Source: Eledone cirrhosa
Lineage: Eukaryota
DNA length: 64,000 nucleotides
Reading direction: 5' to 3'
Assembly: GCA_964016885.1 (NCBI GenBank)
Contig: OZ024745.1
Span: 2,232,001 to 2,296,000, forward strand
In this document: one piece after another, positions 1-20,800 of the stretch
Layout: every line of letters begins with the position of its first letter
Numbering within the stretch: the stretch's first letter is position 1
Notes under the pieces: generated by a model
What the model saw: the letters and a program-made list of their open reading frames with translations, nothing else
Database searches by the model: none
What the model was told of the DNA's origin: nothing
Program-made: the position numbers and the translations under genes

Positions 1-3000
1 CTACATACCACTACATACCACCACATAACATTATATACCACTACATACCACCACACAACACCTCATACCACAACATACCATCAGATACCACCACATACTA
101 CCACATACCACCACATACCACTACATACCACAACATACCAGAACATACCACCACAAACCACTACATACTACCACATACCACTACATACTACCACATACCA
201 CTACATACCAACACATACTACTACATACAACCACATACCACTACATACCACCATATACCACCACATACCACTACATACCACCACATACCACTACATACCG
301 CCACATACCACTACAGACCAACACATACCACTACATACCACCCACCATACACCACAACATACCAGCACATACCACTAAATACCACTAAATACCACAACAT
401 ACCACTAAATACCACTAAATACCACAACATACCACAACATACCACCAATACATACCACTACATACCACCACATACCACTACATACCACTACATACCAACA
501 CATACCACTACATGCCACCACATTCCACTACATACCACTACATGCCACTACATACCACCTCATACCACTACATACCACCACATACCACCACATACCAACA
601 CATACCCCCACATACCTACACATACCACTACAAACCAACACATACCACCACATACTACTACATACCACTACATACCACCACATACCACTACATACCACCA
701 CATAACACTACATGCCACCATATACCACTACATACCACTACATACCACCCACTACATATCACCCACCACATACAACTACCTACCACCCACCATATACCAC
801 TACATAGCACCACATACCACTACAAACCACTATATACCACCACATGCCACTACATACCACTACATACCACTACATACCACTACATACCACCACATAACAC
901 CACATATCACCACATACCACTACATACCACTACATACCACCACATAACACCACATATCACCACATACCACTACATACCACCACATACCACCACATACTAC
1001 TACATACCACTACATACCACTAAATACCACCCACTACATATCACCCACCACATACCACTACATACCACCCAGCATATACCAAAACATACCACCACATACC
1101 ACCACATACCACTAAATACCACTAAATACCACAACATACCACAACATACCACTACATACCACAACATACCACAACATACCACAACATACCACTACATCCC
1201 ACTACATACCACCACATACCACTACATACAACCACATACCACCACATACCACCACATACCACCATATACCACCACATACCACTACATACCACTACATACC
1301 ACAATATACCACCACATACGACTACATACCACCACATATCACTACATATCACTACATACCACCCACCACATACCACCACATACCACTACATACCACCACA
1401 TACCACCACATACCACCACATACCACTACATACCACTACATACCACCACATTCCACCATATACCACCACATACCACTACATGCCACCACATACCACTACA
1501 TACCACTAAATACCACCCACTACATACCACCCACCACATACCACTACATACCACCCACCACATGCCACTACATACCACTACATAACACCACATACCACTA
1601 CACACCACTACATGCCACCACATGCCACTACATACCACCACATACCACTATATACCAATAGATACACCACATAAAACCACATACCAGCACATACCACCAC
1701 ATACCACTACATACCACCACATACCACCACATACTAATACATACCACTACATACCAGCCACCACATACCACTACATACCACCACATACCACTACATGCCA
1801 CCATATACCACTACATACCACTAAATACCACCCACTACATACCACTAAATACCACTAAATACCACAACATACCACAACATACCACAACATACCACCACAT
1901 TCCACCACATACCACTACATACCACCACACACCACTACACACCACTACATACCACCACAGACCACTACATACCCCCCACCATATACCAATACATACCACC
2001 ACATACCACTAAATACCACTAAATACCACAACCTACCACAACATACCACCATTACATACCACTACATACCACTACATACCACTACATACCACCACATACC
2101 ACTACAAACCACTACAAACCACCACATACCACTACATACCACCACATGCCACTATATACCACCACATTCCACTACATACCACCACTACATACCAATAAAT
2201 ACCACTACATACAACCACAGACCACTACATACCACCACATGTAACTATATACCACCACATACCACCACATACCACCACATACCACTACATACCACTACAT
2301 ACCACCACACACCACTACACAACACTACATACCACCACATACCACCATATACCACCACATACTACCACATACCACAACATACCACAACATACCACTACAT
2401 ACCACCCTCCACATACCTCTACATACCACCACATACCACTAAATACCACCACATTCCACCACATACCACTACATACCATTATATGCCACCACACACCACT
2501 ACATACCACTACATACCACCATATACCACCACATACCACCACATACCACCACATACAACCGCATACCACTACATACCACTACATGCCACTATATACCACC
2601 ACATACGACCACATACCACCACATACCACTACATATCACTACATACCACAACATACCACCACATACCACTACATACCACTACATACCACCACATACCACT
2701 ACATACCACTACATACCACCACATACCACTACATACAACCACATACCACCACATACCACAATATACCACCACATACCACTACATACCACCACATACCACC
2801 ACATACCACTACATACCATTACATACCACCACATACCACTACATACCACCCACCATATACCACTACATAGCACCACATACCACTACATGCCACAACATAC
2901 CACTACATACCACCACATACCACTACATGCCACCACATACCACTACATACCACTAAATACCACCCACTACATACCACTAAATACCACCCACTACATACCA

Positions 3001-6000
3001 CCCACCACATACCACTACATACCACCACATACCACTACATACCACCACATGCCACTATATACCACCACATTCCACTACATACCACCACTACATACCACTA
3101 AATACCACTACATACCACCACAGACAACTACATACCACCACTACATACAACTAAATACCACTACATACCACCACATACCACTACATACCAATACATACCA
3201 CCACATACCACTACATACCGCCACATACCACCACATACCAACACATACCACCACTACATACCACTACATACCACTACATACCACTACATAACACCAAATA
3301 CCACTACATAACACTATATACAACTACATACCACCACACACCACCTCATACCACCTCTTACCACTACATACCAGTACATACCACCACATACCACCACATA
3401 CCACCATATACCACCACATACCACAACATACCACAACATACCACTACATACCACTACATACCACCACATACCACTACATACAACCACATACCACCACATA
3501 CCACCACATACCACAAGATACCACCACATACCACTACATACCACCACATACCACCACATACCATTACATACCACCACATACCACTACATACCACCCACCA
3601 CATACCACTACATAGCTCCACATACCACTACATGCCACCACATACCACTACATACCACCACATACCACTACATGCCACCACATACCACTACATACCACTA
3701 AATACCACCCACTACATACCACTAAATACCACCCACTACATACCACGAAATACCACCCACTACATACCACTAAATACCACCCACTACATACCACCCACCA
3801 CATATCACTACATACCACCAACCATATACCACTACATACCACCACATACCACTAAATACCACTAAATACCACAACATACCACAACATACCACCACTAAAT
3901 TCCACTACATACCACCACATACCACTACATACCACCACATGCCACTATATACCACCACATAACACCACATACCACCACACACCACTACATACCACATACC
4001 ACCACATGCCACCATATACCACCACTACATACCATCACATACCACCACATACCACCATATACCACCACATACCACCACATACCGCCACATACCACTACAT
4101 ACCACCACACACCACCACATACCACCGTATAGCACCACATACCACAACATACCACCACATTCCACCACATACCACTACATACCACTACATAACACCACAT
4201 ACCACGTCATACAACTACATGCCTCTACACACCACTACATACCTCTACACACCACCATATACCACTACATACCACCACATACCACCACATACCACTACAT
4301 ACCTCTACATACAACTACATACCTCTACACACCACCACATACCACTACATACCACCATATACCTCCACATACCACTACATACCACTACATAACTCTACAC
4401 ACCGCCACACACCACTACATACCACCACATACCACCGCATACCACCACATGCCACTATATACCACCTCACACCACCACATACCACCACATACCATCACGT
4501 ACCACAACATACACTACATACCACTACATACCACTGTATAATACACATACCACTACATACCACTACATACCACTGTATACCACCACATACCAACACATAC
4601 CACCACATACCACTACATTCCACTACATTCCACTACATACCACTACATACCACCACATAACACTATATACCACTACATACCACCACACACCACCTCATAC
4701 CACAATATACCATCAGATACCACCACATATTACTACATACCACCACGTACCACTACATACCACAACATACCAGAACATACCACCACAAACCACTACATAC
4801 TACCACATACCACTACATACTACCACATACCACTACATACCACCACATACGACTACATACCACCACATACCACTACATACCACCATATACCACCACATAC
4901 CACTACATACCACCACATACCACTACATACCGTCACATACCACTACAGACCAACACATACCACTATATACCACTACATACCAACACACACCACTATATAC
5001 CACTACAGACCACCATATATCACCACATACCACTACATACCACCACATACCACTACATACCACTACATACCACCATATACCACCACATACCACTACATAC
5101 CACCACATACCACCACATACCACCACATACTACTATATACCACTACATACCACCAACCACATACCACTACATACCACTACATACCACCACATACCACCAC
5201 ATACCACTACATGCCACGACATATCACGACATACCACCACATACCACTATATGCCACCACATACCACTACATACCACTAAATACCACCCACTACATACCA
5301 CCCACCACATACTACCAACCATATACCACTACATACCACAACATACCACATCATACCACCACTAAATACCACTAAATACCACAACATACCACTACATACC
5401 ACCACATACCACTACATACCACCATATACCAGTATATACCACCACATACCACCACTACATACCACTACATACCACCACATACCACTACATGACACCAAAT
5501 ACCACCACATACCACTACATAACACTATATACCAATACATACCACCACACACCACCTCATACCATCTCATACCACTACATACCACTACATACCACCTCAC
5601 ACCACCACATACCACCTCACACCACCACATGCTACTATATACCACCTCACACCACCACATACCACTACATAACACCACATACCACGTCATACAACTACAT
5701 GCCTCTACACACCACTACATACCTCTACACACCACCACATACCACTACATACCACCACATACCACCACATACCACTACATGACTCTACATACAACTACAT
5801 ACCTCTACACACCACCACATACCACTACATACCACCATATACCACCACACACCACTACATACCACCACATGCCACCGCATACCACCACATGCCACTATAT
5901 TCCACCTCACACCACCACATACCACCACATACCATCACATACCACAACATACACTACATACACTACATACCACTACATACCACTGTATACCACACATACC

Positions 6001-9000
6001 ACTACATACCACTACATACCACTGTATACCAGCACATAACACCACATACCACCACATACCACTACATTCCACTACATACAACTACATACCACCACATAAC
6101 ATTATATACCACTACATACCACCACACACCACCTCATACCACAACATACCATCAGATACCACCACATGCTACCACATACCACCACATACCACTACATACC
6201 ACAACATACCAGAACATACCACCACAAACCACTACATACTACCACATACTACCACATACTACCACATACCACTACATACCACCACATACCACTACATACA
6301 ACCACATACCACTACATACCACCATATACCACCACATACCACTACATACCACCACATACCACTACAAACCGCCACATACCACTACAGACCAACACATACC
6401 ACTACATACCACCCACCATACACCACAACATACCACCACATACCACTAAATACCACTAAATACCACAACATACCACTAAATACCACTAAATACCACAACA
6501 TACCACAACATACCACCAATACATACCACTACATACCACCACATACCACTACATACCACTACATACCAACACATACCACTACATGCCACCACATTCCACT
6601 ACATGCCACCACATTCCACTACATACCACTACATGCCACTACATACCACCTCATACCACTACATACCACTACATACCACCACATACCACCACATACCAAG
6701 ACATACCCCCACATACCTACACATACCACTACAAACCAACACATACCACCACATACTACTACATACCACTACATACCACCACATAACACTACATGCCACC
6801 ACATACCACTACATACCACTAAATACCACCCACTACATACCACCCACCACATACCACTACATACCACCACATACCACTACATACCACCACATGCCACTAC
6901 AAACCACTATATACCACCACATGCCACTACATACCACTACATACCACTACATACCACTACATACCACTACATACCACTACATACCACCACATAACACCAC
7001 ATATCACCACATACCACTACATACCACCACATACCACCACATACTACTACATACCACTACATACCACCCACCACATACCACTACATACCACTAAATACCA
7101 CCATATACCACTACATACCACTAAATACCACCCACTACATATCACCCACCACATACCACTACATACCACCCACCATATACCACTACATAGCACCACACAC
7201 CACTAAATACCACTAAATACCACAACATACCACAACATACCACAACATACCACCACATTCCACTACACACCACTACATACCACCACAGACCACTACATAC
7301 CCCCCACCATATACCAATACATACCACCACATACCACTAAATACCACTAAATACCACAACCTACCACAACATACCACCATTACATAACACTACATACCAC
7401 TACATACCACTACATACCACCACATACCACTACAAACCACTACAAACCACCACATACCACTACATACCACCACATGCCACTATATACCACCACATTCCAC
7501 TACATACCACCACTACATACCACTAAATACCACTACATACAACCACAGACCACTACATACCACCACATGCAACTATATACCACCACATACCACCACATAC
7601 CACCACATACCACTACATACCACTACATACCAGCACATACCACTAAATACCACTAAATACCGCAACATACCACAAAATACCGCAACATACCACAAAATAC
7701 CACAACAACCACTACATTCCACCACATACCACTACATACCACCACACACCACTACACAACACTACATACCACCACATACCACAACATACCACAACATACC
7801 ACTACATACCACCCTCCACATACCTCTACATACCACCACATACCACTAAATACCACCACATACCACAACATACCACAACATACCACCACATTCCACCACA
7901 TACCACTACATACCATTATATGCCACCACACACCACTACATACCACTACATACCACCATATACCACCACATACCACAACATACCACCACATACCACAACA
8001 TACCACCACATACAACCACATACCACTACATACCACTACATGCCACTATATACCACCACATACGACCACATACGACCACATACCACCACATACCACTACA
8101 TTCAACCACATACCACCACATACCACCATATACCACCACATACCACAACATACCACAACATACCACCACATTTCACCACATACCACTACATACCATTACA
8201 TACCACCACACACCACTACATACCACTACATACCACCATATACCAATACATACCACCACATACCACCACATACCACTACATACCACCATATACCAATACA
8301 TACCACCACATACCACTACATACAACCACATAACACCACATACCACCACATACCACAATATACCACCACATACCACTACATACCACCCACCACATACCAC
8401 TACATAGCACCACATACCACTACATGCCACCACATACCACTACAGACCACCACATACCACTACATGCCACCACATACCACTACATACCACCAACCATATA
8501 CCACTACATACCACCACATACCACTAAATACCACTAAATACCACCACATACCACTACATACCACCACATGCCACTATATACCACCACATAACACCACATA
8601 CCACCACACACCACTACATACCACATACCACCACATGCCACCATATACCACCACATACCACCACATACCACCACATACCACCACATACCACTACATACCA
8701 TCACATACCACCACATACCACCATATACCACCACATACCACCACATACCGCCACATACCACTAGATACCACCACATACCACCACATACCACCGTAACCAC
8801 CACATACCACAACATACCACAACATACCACCACATTCCACCACATACCACTACATACCACTACATACCAACACACACCACTATATACCACTACATACCAA
8901 CACACACCACTATATACCACTACAGACCACCATATATCACCACATACCACTACATACCACCACATACCACTACTTACCACTACATACCACCATATACCAC

Positions 9001-12000
9001 CACATACCACTACATGCCACCACATACCACCACATACCACCACATACTACTATATACCACTACATACCACTACATACCACCACATACCACCACATACCAC
9101 TACATGCCACGACATATCACGACATACCACCACATACCACTATATGCCACCACATACCACTACATACCACTAAATACCACCCACTACATACCACCCACCA
9201 CATACTACCAACCATATACCACTACATACCACAACATACCACATCATACCACCACTAAATACCACTATATACCACAAAATACCACTACATACCACCACAT
9301 ACCACTACATACCACCATATACCAGTATATACCACCACATACCACCACTACATACCACTACATACCACCACATACCACTACATGACACCAAATACCACCA
9401 CATACCACTACATAACACTATATACCACTACATACCACCACACACCACCTCATACCATCTCATACCACTACATACCACTACATACCACCTCACACCACCA
9501 CATACCACCTCACATCACCACATGCTACTATATACCACCTCACACCACCACATGCTACTATATACCACCTCACACCACCACATGCTACTATATACCACCT
9601 CACACCACCACATAACCCCACATACCACTACATACCACTACATAACACCACATACCACGTCATACAACTACATGCCTCTACACACCACTACATACCTCTA
9701 CACACCACCACATACCACTACATACCACCACATACCACCACATACCACTACATGCCTCTACATACAACTACATACCTCTACACACCACCACATACCACTA
9801 CATACCACCATATACCACCACACACCACTACATACCACCACATACCACCGCATACCACCACATGCCACTATATTCCACCCCACACCACCACATACCACCA
9901 CATACCCTCACATACCACAACATACACTACATACACTACATACCACTACATACCACTACATAACACTGTATACCACCACATAACACCACATACCACCACA
10001 TACCACTACATTCCACTACATACCACTACATACCACCACATAACATTATATACCACTACATACCACCACACAACACCTCATACCACAACATACCATCAGA
10101 TACCACCACATACTACCACATACCACCACATACCACTACATACCACAACATACCAGAACATACCACCACAAACCACTACATACTACCACATACCACTACA
10201 TACTACCACATACCACTACATACCAACACATACTACTACATACAACCACATACCACTACATACCACCATATACCACGACATACCACTACATACCACCACA
10301 TACCCCTACATACCGCCACATACCACTACAGACCAACACATACCACTACATACCACCCACCATACACCACAACATACCAGCACATACCACTAAATACCAC
10401 TAAATACCACAACATACCACTAAATACCACTAAATACCACAACATACCACAACATACCACCAATACATACCACTACATACCACCACATACCACTACATAC
10501 CACTACATACCAACACATACCACTACATGCCACCACATTCCACTACATACCACTACATGCCACTACATACCACCTCATACCACTACATACCACCACATAC
10601 CACCACATACCAACACATACCCCCACATACCTACACATACCACTACAAACCAACACATACCACCACATACTACTACATACCACTACATACCACCACATAC
10701 CACTACATACCACCACATAACACTACATGCCACCATATACCACTACATACCACTACATACCACCCACTACATATCACCCACCACATACAACTACCTACCA
10801 CCCACCATATACCACTACATAGCACCACATACCACTACAAACCACTATATACCACCACATGCCACTACATACCACTACATACCACTACATACCACTACAT
10901 ACCACCACATAACACCACATATCACCACATACCACTACATACCACTACATACCACCACATAACACCACATATCATCACATACCACTACATACCACCACAT
11001 ACCACCACATACTACTACATACCACTACATACCACTAAATACCACCCACTACATATCACCCACCACATACCACTACATACCACCCAGCATATACCAAAAC
11101 ATACCACCACATACCACCACATACCACTAAATACCACTAAATACCACAACATACCACAACATACCACTACATACCACAACATACCACAACATACCACTAC
11201 ATCCCACTACATACCACCACATACCACTACATACAACCACATACCACCACATACCACCACATACCACCATATACCACCACATACCACTACATACCACTAC
11301 ATACCACAATATACCACCACATACGACTACATACCACCACATATCACTACATATCACTACATACCACCCACCACATACCACCACATACCACTACATACCA
11401 CCACATACCACCACATACCACCACATACCACTACATACCACTACATACCACCACATTCCACCATATACCACCACATACCACTACATGCCACCACATACCA
11501 CTACATACCACTAAATACCACCCACTACATACCACCCACCACATACCACTACATACCACCACATACCACCACATACTAATACATACCACTACATACCAGC
11601 CACCACATACCACTACATACCACCACATACCACTACATGCCACCATATACCACTACATACCACTAAATACCACCCACTACATACCACTAAATACCACTAA
11701 ATACCACAACATACCACAACATACCACAACATACCACCACATTCCACCACATACCACTACATACCACCACACACCACTACACACCACTACATACCACCAC
11801 AGACCACTACATACCCCCCACCATATACCAATACATACCACCACATACCACTAAATACCACTAAATACCACAACCTACCACAACATACCACCATTACATA
11901 CCACTACATACCACTACATACCACTACATACCACCACATACCACTACAAACCACTACAAACCACCACATACCACTACATACCACCACATGCCACTATATA

Positions 12001-14800
12001 CCACCACATTCCACTACATACCACCACTACATACCAATAAATACCACTACATACAACCACAGACCACTACATACCACCACATGTAACTATATACCACCAC
12101 ATACCACCACATACCACCACATACCACTACATACCACTACATACCACCACACACCACTACACAACACTACATACCACCACATACCACCATATACCACCAC
12201 ATACTACCACATACCACAACATACCACAACATACCACTACATACCACCCTCCACATACCTCTACATACCACCACATACCACTAAATACCACCACATTCCA
12301 CCACATACCACTACATACCATTATATGCCACCACACACCACTACATACCACTACATACCACCATATACCACCACATACCACCACATACCACCACATACAA
12401 CCACATACCACTACATACCACTACATGCCACTATATACCACCACATACGACCACATACCACCACATACCACTACATATCACTACATACCACAACATACCA
12501 CCACATACCACTACATACCACTACATACCACCACATACCACTACATACCACTACATACCACCACATACCACTACATACAACCACATACCACCACATACCA
12601 CAATATACCACCACATACCACTACATACCACCACATACCACCACATACCACTACATACCATTACATACCACCACATACCACTACATACCACCCACCATAT
12701 ACCACTACATAGCACCACATACCACTACATGCCACAACATACCACTACATACCACCACATACCACTACATGCCACCACATACCACTACATACCACTAAAT
12801 ACCACCCACTACATACCACTAAATACCACCCACTACATACCACCCACCACATACCACTACATACCACCACATACCACTACATACCACCACATGCCACTAT
12901 ATACCACCACATTCCACTACATACCACCACTACATACCACTAAATACCACTACATACCACCACAGACAACTACATACCACCACTACATACAACTAAATAC
13001 CACTACATACCACCACATACCACTACATACCAATACATACCACCACATACCACTACATACCGCCACATACCACCACATACCAACACATACCACCACTACA
13101 TACCACTACATACCACTACATACCACTACATAACACCAAATACCACTACATAACACTATATACAACTACATACCACCACACACCACCTCATACCACCTCT
13201 TACCACTACATACCAGTACATACCACCACATACCACCACATACCACCATATACCACCACATACCACAACATACCACAACATACCACTACATACCACTACA
13301 TACCACCACATACCACTACATACAACCACATACCACCACATACCACCACATACCACAAGATACCACCACATACCACTACATACCACCACATACCACCACA
13401 TACCATTACATACCACCACATACCACTACATACCACCCACCACATACCACTACATAGCTCCACATACCACTACATGCCACCACATACCACTACATACCAC
13501 CACATACCACTACATGCCACCACATACCACTACATACCACTAAATACCACCCACTACATACCACTAAATACCACCCACTACATACCACGAAATACCACCC
13601 ACTACATACCACTAAATACCACCCACTACATACCACCCACCACATATCACTACATACCACCAACCATATACCACTACATACCACCACATACCACTAAATA
13701 CCACTAAATACCACAACATACCACAACATACCACCACTAAATTCCACTACATACCACCACATACCACTACATACCACCACATGCCACTATATACCACCAC
13801 ATAACACCACATACCACCACACACCACTACATACCACATACCACCACATGCCACCATATACCACCACTACATACCATCACATACCACCACATACCACCAT
13901 ATACCACCACATACCACCACATACCGCCACATACCACTACATACCACCACACACCACCACATACCACCGTATAGCACCACATACCACAACATACCACCAC
14001 ATTCCACCACATACCACTACATACCACTACATAACACCACATACCACGTCATACAACTACATGCCTCTACACACCACTACATACCTCTACACACCACCAT
14101 ATACCACTACATACCACCACATACCACCACATACCACTACATACCTCTACATACAACTACATACCTCTACACACCACCACATACCACTACATACCACCAT
14201 ATACCTCCACATACCACTACATACCACTACATAACTCTACACACCGCCACACACCACTACATACCACCACATACCACCGCATACCACCACATGCCACTAT
14301 ATACCACCTCACACCACCACATACCACCACATACCATCACATACCACAACATACACTACATACCACTACATACCACTGTATAATACACATACCACTACAT
14401 ACCACTACATACCACTGTATACCACCACATACCAACACATACCACCACATACCACTACATTCCACTACATTCCACTACATACCACTACATACCACCACAT
14501 AACACTATATACCACTACATACCACCACACACCACCTCATACCACAATATACCATCAGATACCACCACATATTACTACATACCACCACGTACCACTACAT
14601 ACCACAACATACCAGAACATACCACCACAAACCACTACATACTACCACATACCACTACATACTACCACATACCACTACATACCACCACATACGACTACAT
14701 ACCACCACATACCACTACATACCACCATATACCACCACATACCACTACATACCACCACATACCACTACATACCGTCACATACCACTACAGACCAACACAT
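1..14800. repeat. ~9.8-10.0 kb higher-order repeat (1-~4950 recurs at ~10016-14800)
   Basis: ORF pairs 512/10527 and 1000/11015 (+10015). ORF pairs 2315/12157, 2483/12325, 3632/13474 and 4006/13848 (+9842) have identical or near-identical translations. Confidence 0.9.
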
Positions 14801-17800
14801 ACCACTAAATACCACTAAATACCACAACATACCACAACATACCACCAATACATACCACCACATACCACTACATACCACTACATACCAACACATACCACTA
14901 CATGCCACCACATTCCACTACATACCACTACATGCCACTACATACCACCTCATACCACTACATACCACTACATACCACCACATACCACCACATACCAACA
15001 CATACCCCCACATACCACCACATACCACTACAAACCAACACATACCACCACATACTACTACATACCACTACATACCACCACATACCACTACATACCACCA
15101 CATAACACTACATGCCACCATATACCACTACATACCACCCACTACATACCACTAAATACCACCCACTACATATCACCCACCACATACCACTACCTACCAC
15201 CCACCATATACAACTACATACCACCACATACCACTACAAACCACTATATACCACCACATGACACTACATACCACTACATACCACTACATACCACTACATA
15301 CCACCACATAACACCACATATCACCACATACCACTACATACCACCACATACCACCACATACCACCACATACCACTACATACCACTACATACCACCAACCA
15401 CATACCACCACATACCACTAAATACCACCATATACCACTACATACCACTAAATACCACCCACCATATACCACAACATACCACCACATACCACTAAATACC
15501 ACTAAATACCACAACATACCACAACATACCACTACATACCACTACATACCACTACATACCACCACATACCACTACATACCACCACATGCCACTATATACC
15601 ACCACATTCCACTACATACCACCACTACGTACCACTAAATACCACTACATACCACCACAGACCACTACATACCACCACATGCAACTATATACCACCACAT
15701 ACCACCATATACCACCATATACCACCACATACCACCACATACCTCTACATACCACTACATACCACCACATACCACTACATACCACCACATACCACCACAT
15801 ACCACCGTATACTACCACTACATACCACTACATACCACCACATACCACTACATACCACCACATACCACCACATACCACTACATACCACTACATAACACCA
15901 AATACCACCAAATACCACCACATACCACTACATAACACTATACACAACTACATACCACCACACACCACCTCATACCTCCTCATACCACAACATACCACAA
16001 CATACCACCACATATCACCACATACCACTACATACCACCACATACCACTACATACAACCACATATCACCACATACCAACACATACCACCACATACCACCA
16101 TATACCACCACATACCACTACAGACTTCTACATACCACAATATACCACCACATACGACTACATACCACCACATATCACTACATATCACTACATACCACCC
16201 ACCACATACCACTACATACCACCACATACCACTACATGCCACCACATACCACTACATACCACTAAATACCACCCAGTACATACCACCCACCACATACCAC
16301 TACATACCACCAAACATATACCACTACATACCACCACATACCACTAAATACCACTAAATACCACTACATACCACAACATACCACCACTAAATACCACTAC
16401 ATACCACCACATACCACTAATTACCACCACATACCACTAATTACCACCACATGCCACTATATACCACCACATAGCACTACATACCACTACATACCACTAC
16501 ATACCACTACATACCACCACATACCACTACATACCACTAAATACCACCCACTACATACCACCCACCACATACCACTACATATCACCCACCATACACCACT
16601 ACATACCACTACATACCACTAAATACCACCACATACCACAACATACCACAATATACCACAACATACCACCATTACATACCACTACATACCACTACATACC
16701 ACTACATACCACTACATACCAACACATACCACTACATACCACTACATACCACTACATACCACCACATACCACCACAGAAAACTACATACCACCACATACC
16801 ACCACATACCACTACATACCACCACATACCACCACATACCACTACATACCACTACATACCACCACATACCACCACATACCACCATATACCACCACTACAT
16901 ACCAATACATACCAATACATACCACCACTTACTACCACATACCACTACATACCAATACATACCACCACATACCACTACATACCACCACATACCACCACAT
17001 ACCACCATATACCACTACATACCAATACATACCACCACATACCACTACATACCACCACATACCACCACATACCACTACATACCACCACATACCACCACAT
17101 ACCACCACATAATTCACTACATACCACTACATAACACTATAAACAACAACATACCACCACACACCACCTCATACCACCTCATACCACCTCATACCACTAC
17201 ATACCACTACATACCACCACATACCACTACATACAACCACATACCACCACATACCACCACATACCACAATATACCACCACATACCACTACATACCACCAC
17301 ATACAACCACATACCACTACATACCATTACATACCACCACATACCACTACATACCACCCACCATATACCACTACATAGCACCACATACCACTACATGCCA
17401 CCACATACCACTACATACCACCACATACCACTACATGCCACCACATACCACTACATACCACTAAATACCACCCACTACATACCACCCACCACATACCACT
17501 ACATACCACCACATACCACTACATACCACCACATGCCACTATATACCACCACATTCCACTACATACCACCACTACATACCACTAAATACCACTACATACC
17601 ACCACAGACAACTACATACCACCACTACATACAACTAAATACCACTACATACCACCACATACCACTACATACCAATACATACCACCACATACCACTACAT
17701 ACCACCACATACCACCACATACCAACACATACCACCACTACATACCACTACATACCACTACATACCACTACATAACACCAAATACCACTACATAACACTA

Positions 17801-20800
17801 TATACAACTACATACCACCACACACCACCTCATACCACCTCTTACCACTACATACCACTACATACCACCACATACCACCACATACCACCATATACCACCA
17901 CATACCACAACATACCACAACATACCACTACATACCACTACATACCACCACATACCACTACATACAACCACATACCACCACATACCACCACATACCACAA
18001 GATACCACCACATACCACTACATACCACCACATACCACCACATACCATTACATACCACCACATACCACTACATACCACCCACCACATACCACTACATAGC
18101 TCCACATACCACTACATGCCACCACATACCACTACATACCACCACATACCACTACATGCCACCACATACCACTACATACCACTAAATACCACCCACTACA
18201 TACCACTAAATACCACCCACTACATACCACGAAATACCACCCACTACATACCACTAAATACCACCCTCTACATACCACCCACCACATATCACTACATACC
18301 ACCAACCATATACCACTACATACCACCACATACCACTAAATACCACTAAATACCACAACATACCACAACATACCACCACTAAATTCCACTACATACCACC
18401 ACATACCACTACATACCACCACATGCCACTATATACCACCACATAACACCACATACCACCACACACCACTACATACCACATACCACCACATGCCACCATA
18501 TACCACCACATACCACCACATACCACCACATACCACTACATACCATCACATACCACCACATACCACCATATACCACCACATACCACCACATACCGCCACA
18601 TACCACTACATACCACCACATACCACCACATACCACCGTATAGCACCACATACCACAACATACCACCACATTCCACCACATACCACTACATACCACTACA
18701 TAACACCACATACCACGTCATACAACTACATGCCTCTACACACCACTACATACCTCTACACACCACCATATACCACTACATACCACCACATACCACCACA
18801 TACCACTACATACCTCTACATACAACTACATACCTCTACACACCACCACATACCACTACATACCACCATATACCTCCACATACCACTACATACCACTACA
18901 TACCTCTACACACCGCCACACACCACTACATACCACCACATACCACCGCATACCACCACATGCCACTATATACCACCTCACACCACCACATACCACCACA
19001 TACCATCACATACCACAACATACACTACATGCCACTACATACCACTGTATACCACACATACCACTACATACCACTACATACCACTGTATACCACCACATA
19101 CCAACACATACCACCACATACCACTACATTCCACTACATACCACTACATACCACCACATAACACTATATACCACTACATACCACCACACACCACCTCATA
19201 CCACAATATACCATCAGATACCACCACATACTACTACATACCACCACGTACCACTACATACCACAACATACCAGAACATACCACAACAAACCACTACATA
19301 CTACCACATACCACTACATACTACCACATACCAATACATACCACCACATACCACTACATACCACCACATACCACTACATACCACCATATACCACCACATA
19401 CCACTACATACCACCACATACCACTACATACCGTCATATACCACTACATACCACCCACCATACACCACAACATACCACCACATACCACTAAATACCACTA
19501 AATAACACAACATACCACTAAATACCACTAAATACCACAACATACCACAACATACCACCAATACATACCACTACATACCACCACATACCACTACATACCA
19601 CTACATACCAACACATACCACTACATGCCACCACATTCCACTACATACCACTACATGCCACTACATACCACCTCATACCACTACATACCACTACATACCA
19701 CCACATACCACCACATACCAACACATACCCCCACATACCACCACATACCACTACAAACCAACACATACCACCACATACTACTACATACCACTACATACCA
19801 CCTCATACCACTACATACCACCACATAACACTACATGCCACCATATACCACTACATACCACCCACTACATACCACTAAATACCACCCACTACATATCACC
19901 CACCACATACCACTACCTACCACCCACCATATACAACTACATACCACCACATACCACTACAAACCACTATATACCACCACATGCCACTACATACCACTAC
20001 ATACCGCTACATACCACTACATACCACCACATAACACCACATATCACCACATACCACTACATACCACCATATACCACCACATACCACCACATACCACTAC
20101 ATACCACTACATACCACCAACCACATACCACCACATACCACTAAATATCACCATATACCACTACATACCACTAAATACCACCCACTACATATCACCCACT
20201 ACATACCACCCACCATATACCACAACATACCACCACATACCACTAAATACCACTAAATACCACAACATACCACACCATACCACTACATACCACTACATAC
20301 CACTACATACCACCACATACCACTACATACCACCACATGCCACTATATACCACAACATTCCACTACATACCACCACTACGTACCACTAAATACCACTACA
20401 TACCACCACAGACCACTACATACCACCACATGCAACTATATACCACCACATACCACCATATACCATCATATACCACCACATACCACCACATACCTCTACA
20501 TACCAATACATACCACCACATACCACTACATACCACCACATACCACCACATACCACCGTATACTACCACTACATACCACTACATACCACCACATACCACT
20601 ACATACCACCACATACCACCACATACCACTACATACCACTACATAACACCAAATACCACCAAATACCACCACATACCACTACATAACACTATACACAACT
20701 ACATACCACCACACACCACCTCATACCTCCTCATACCACAACATACCACGACATACCACCACATATCACCACATACCACTACATACAACCACATACCACC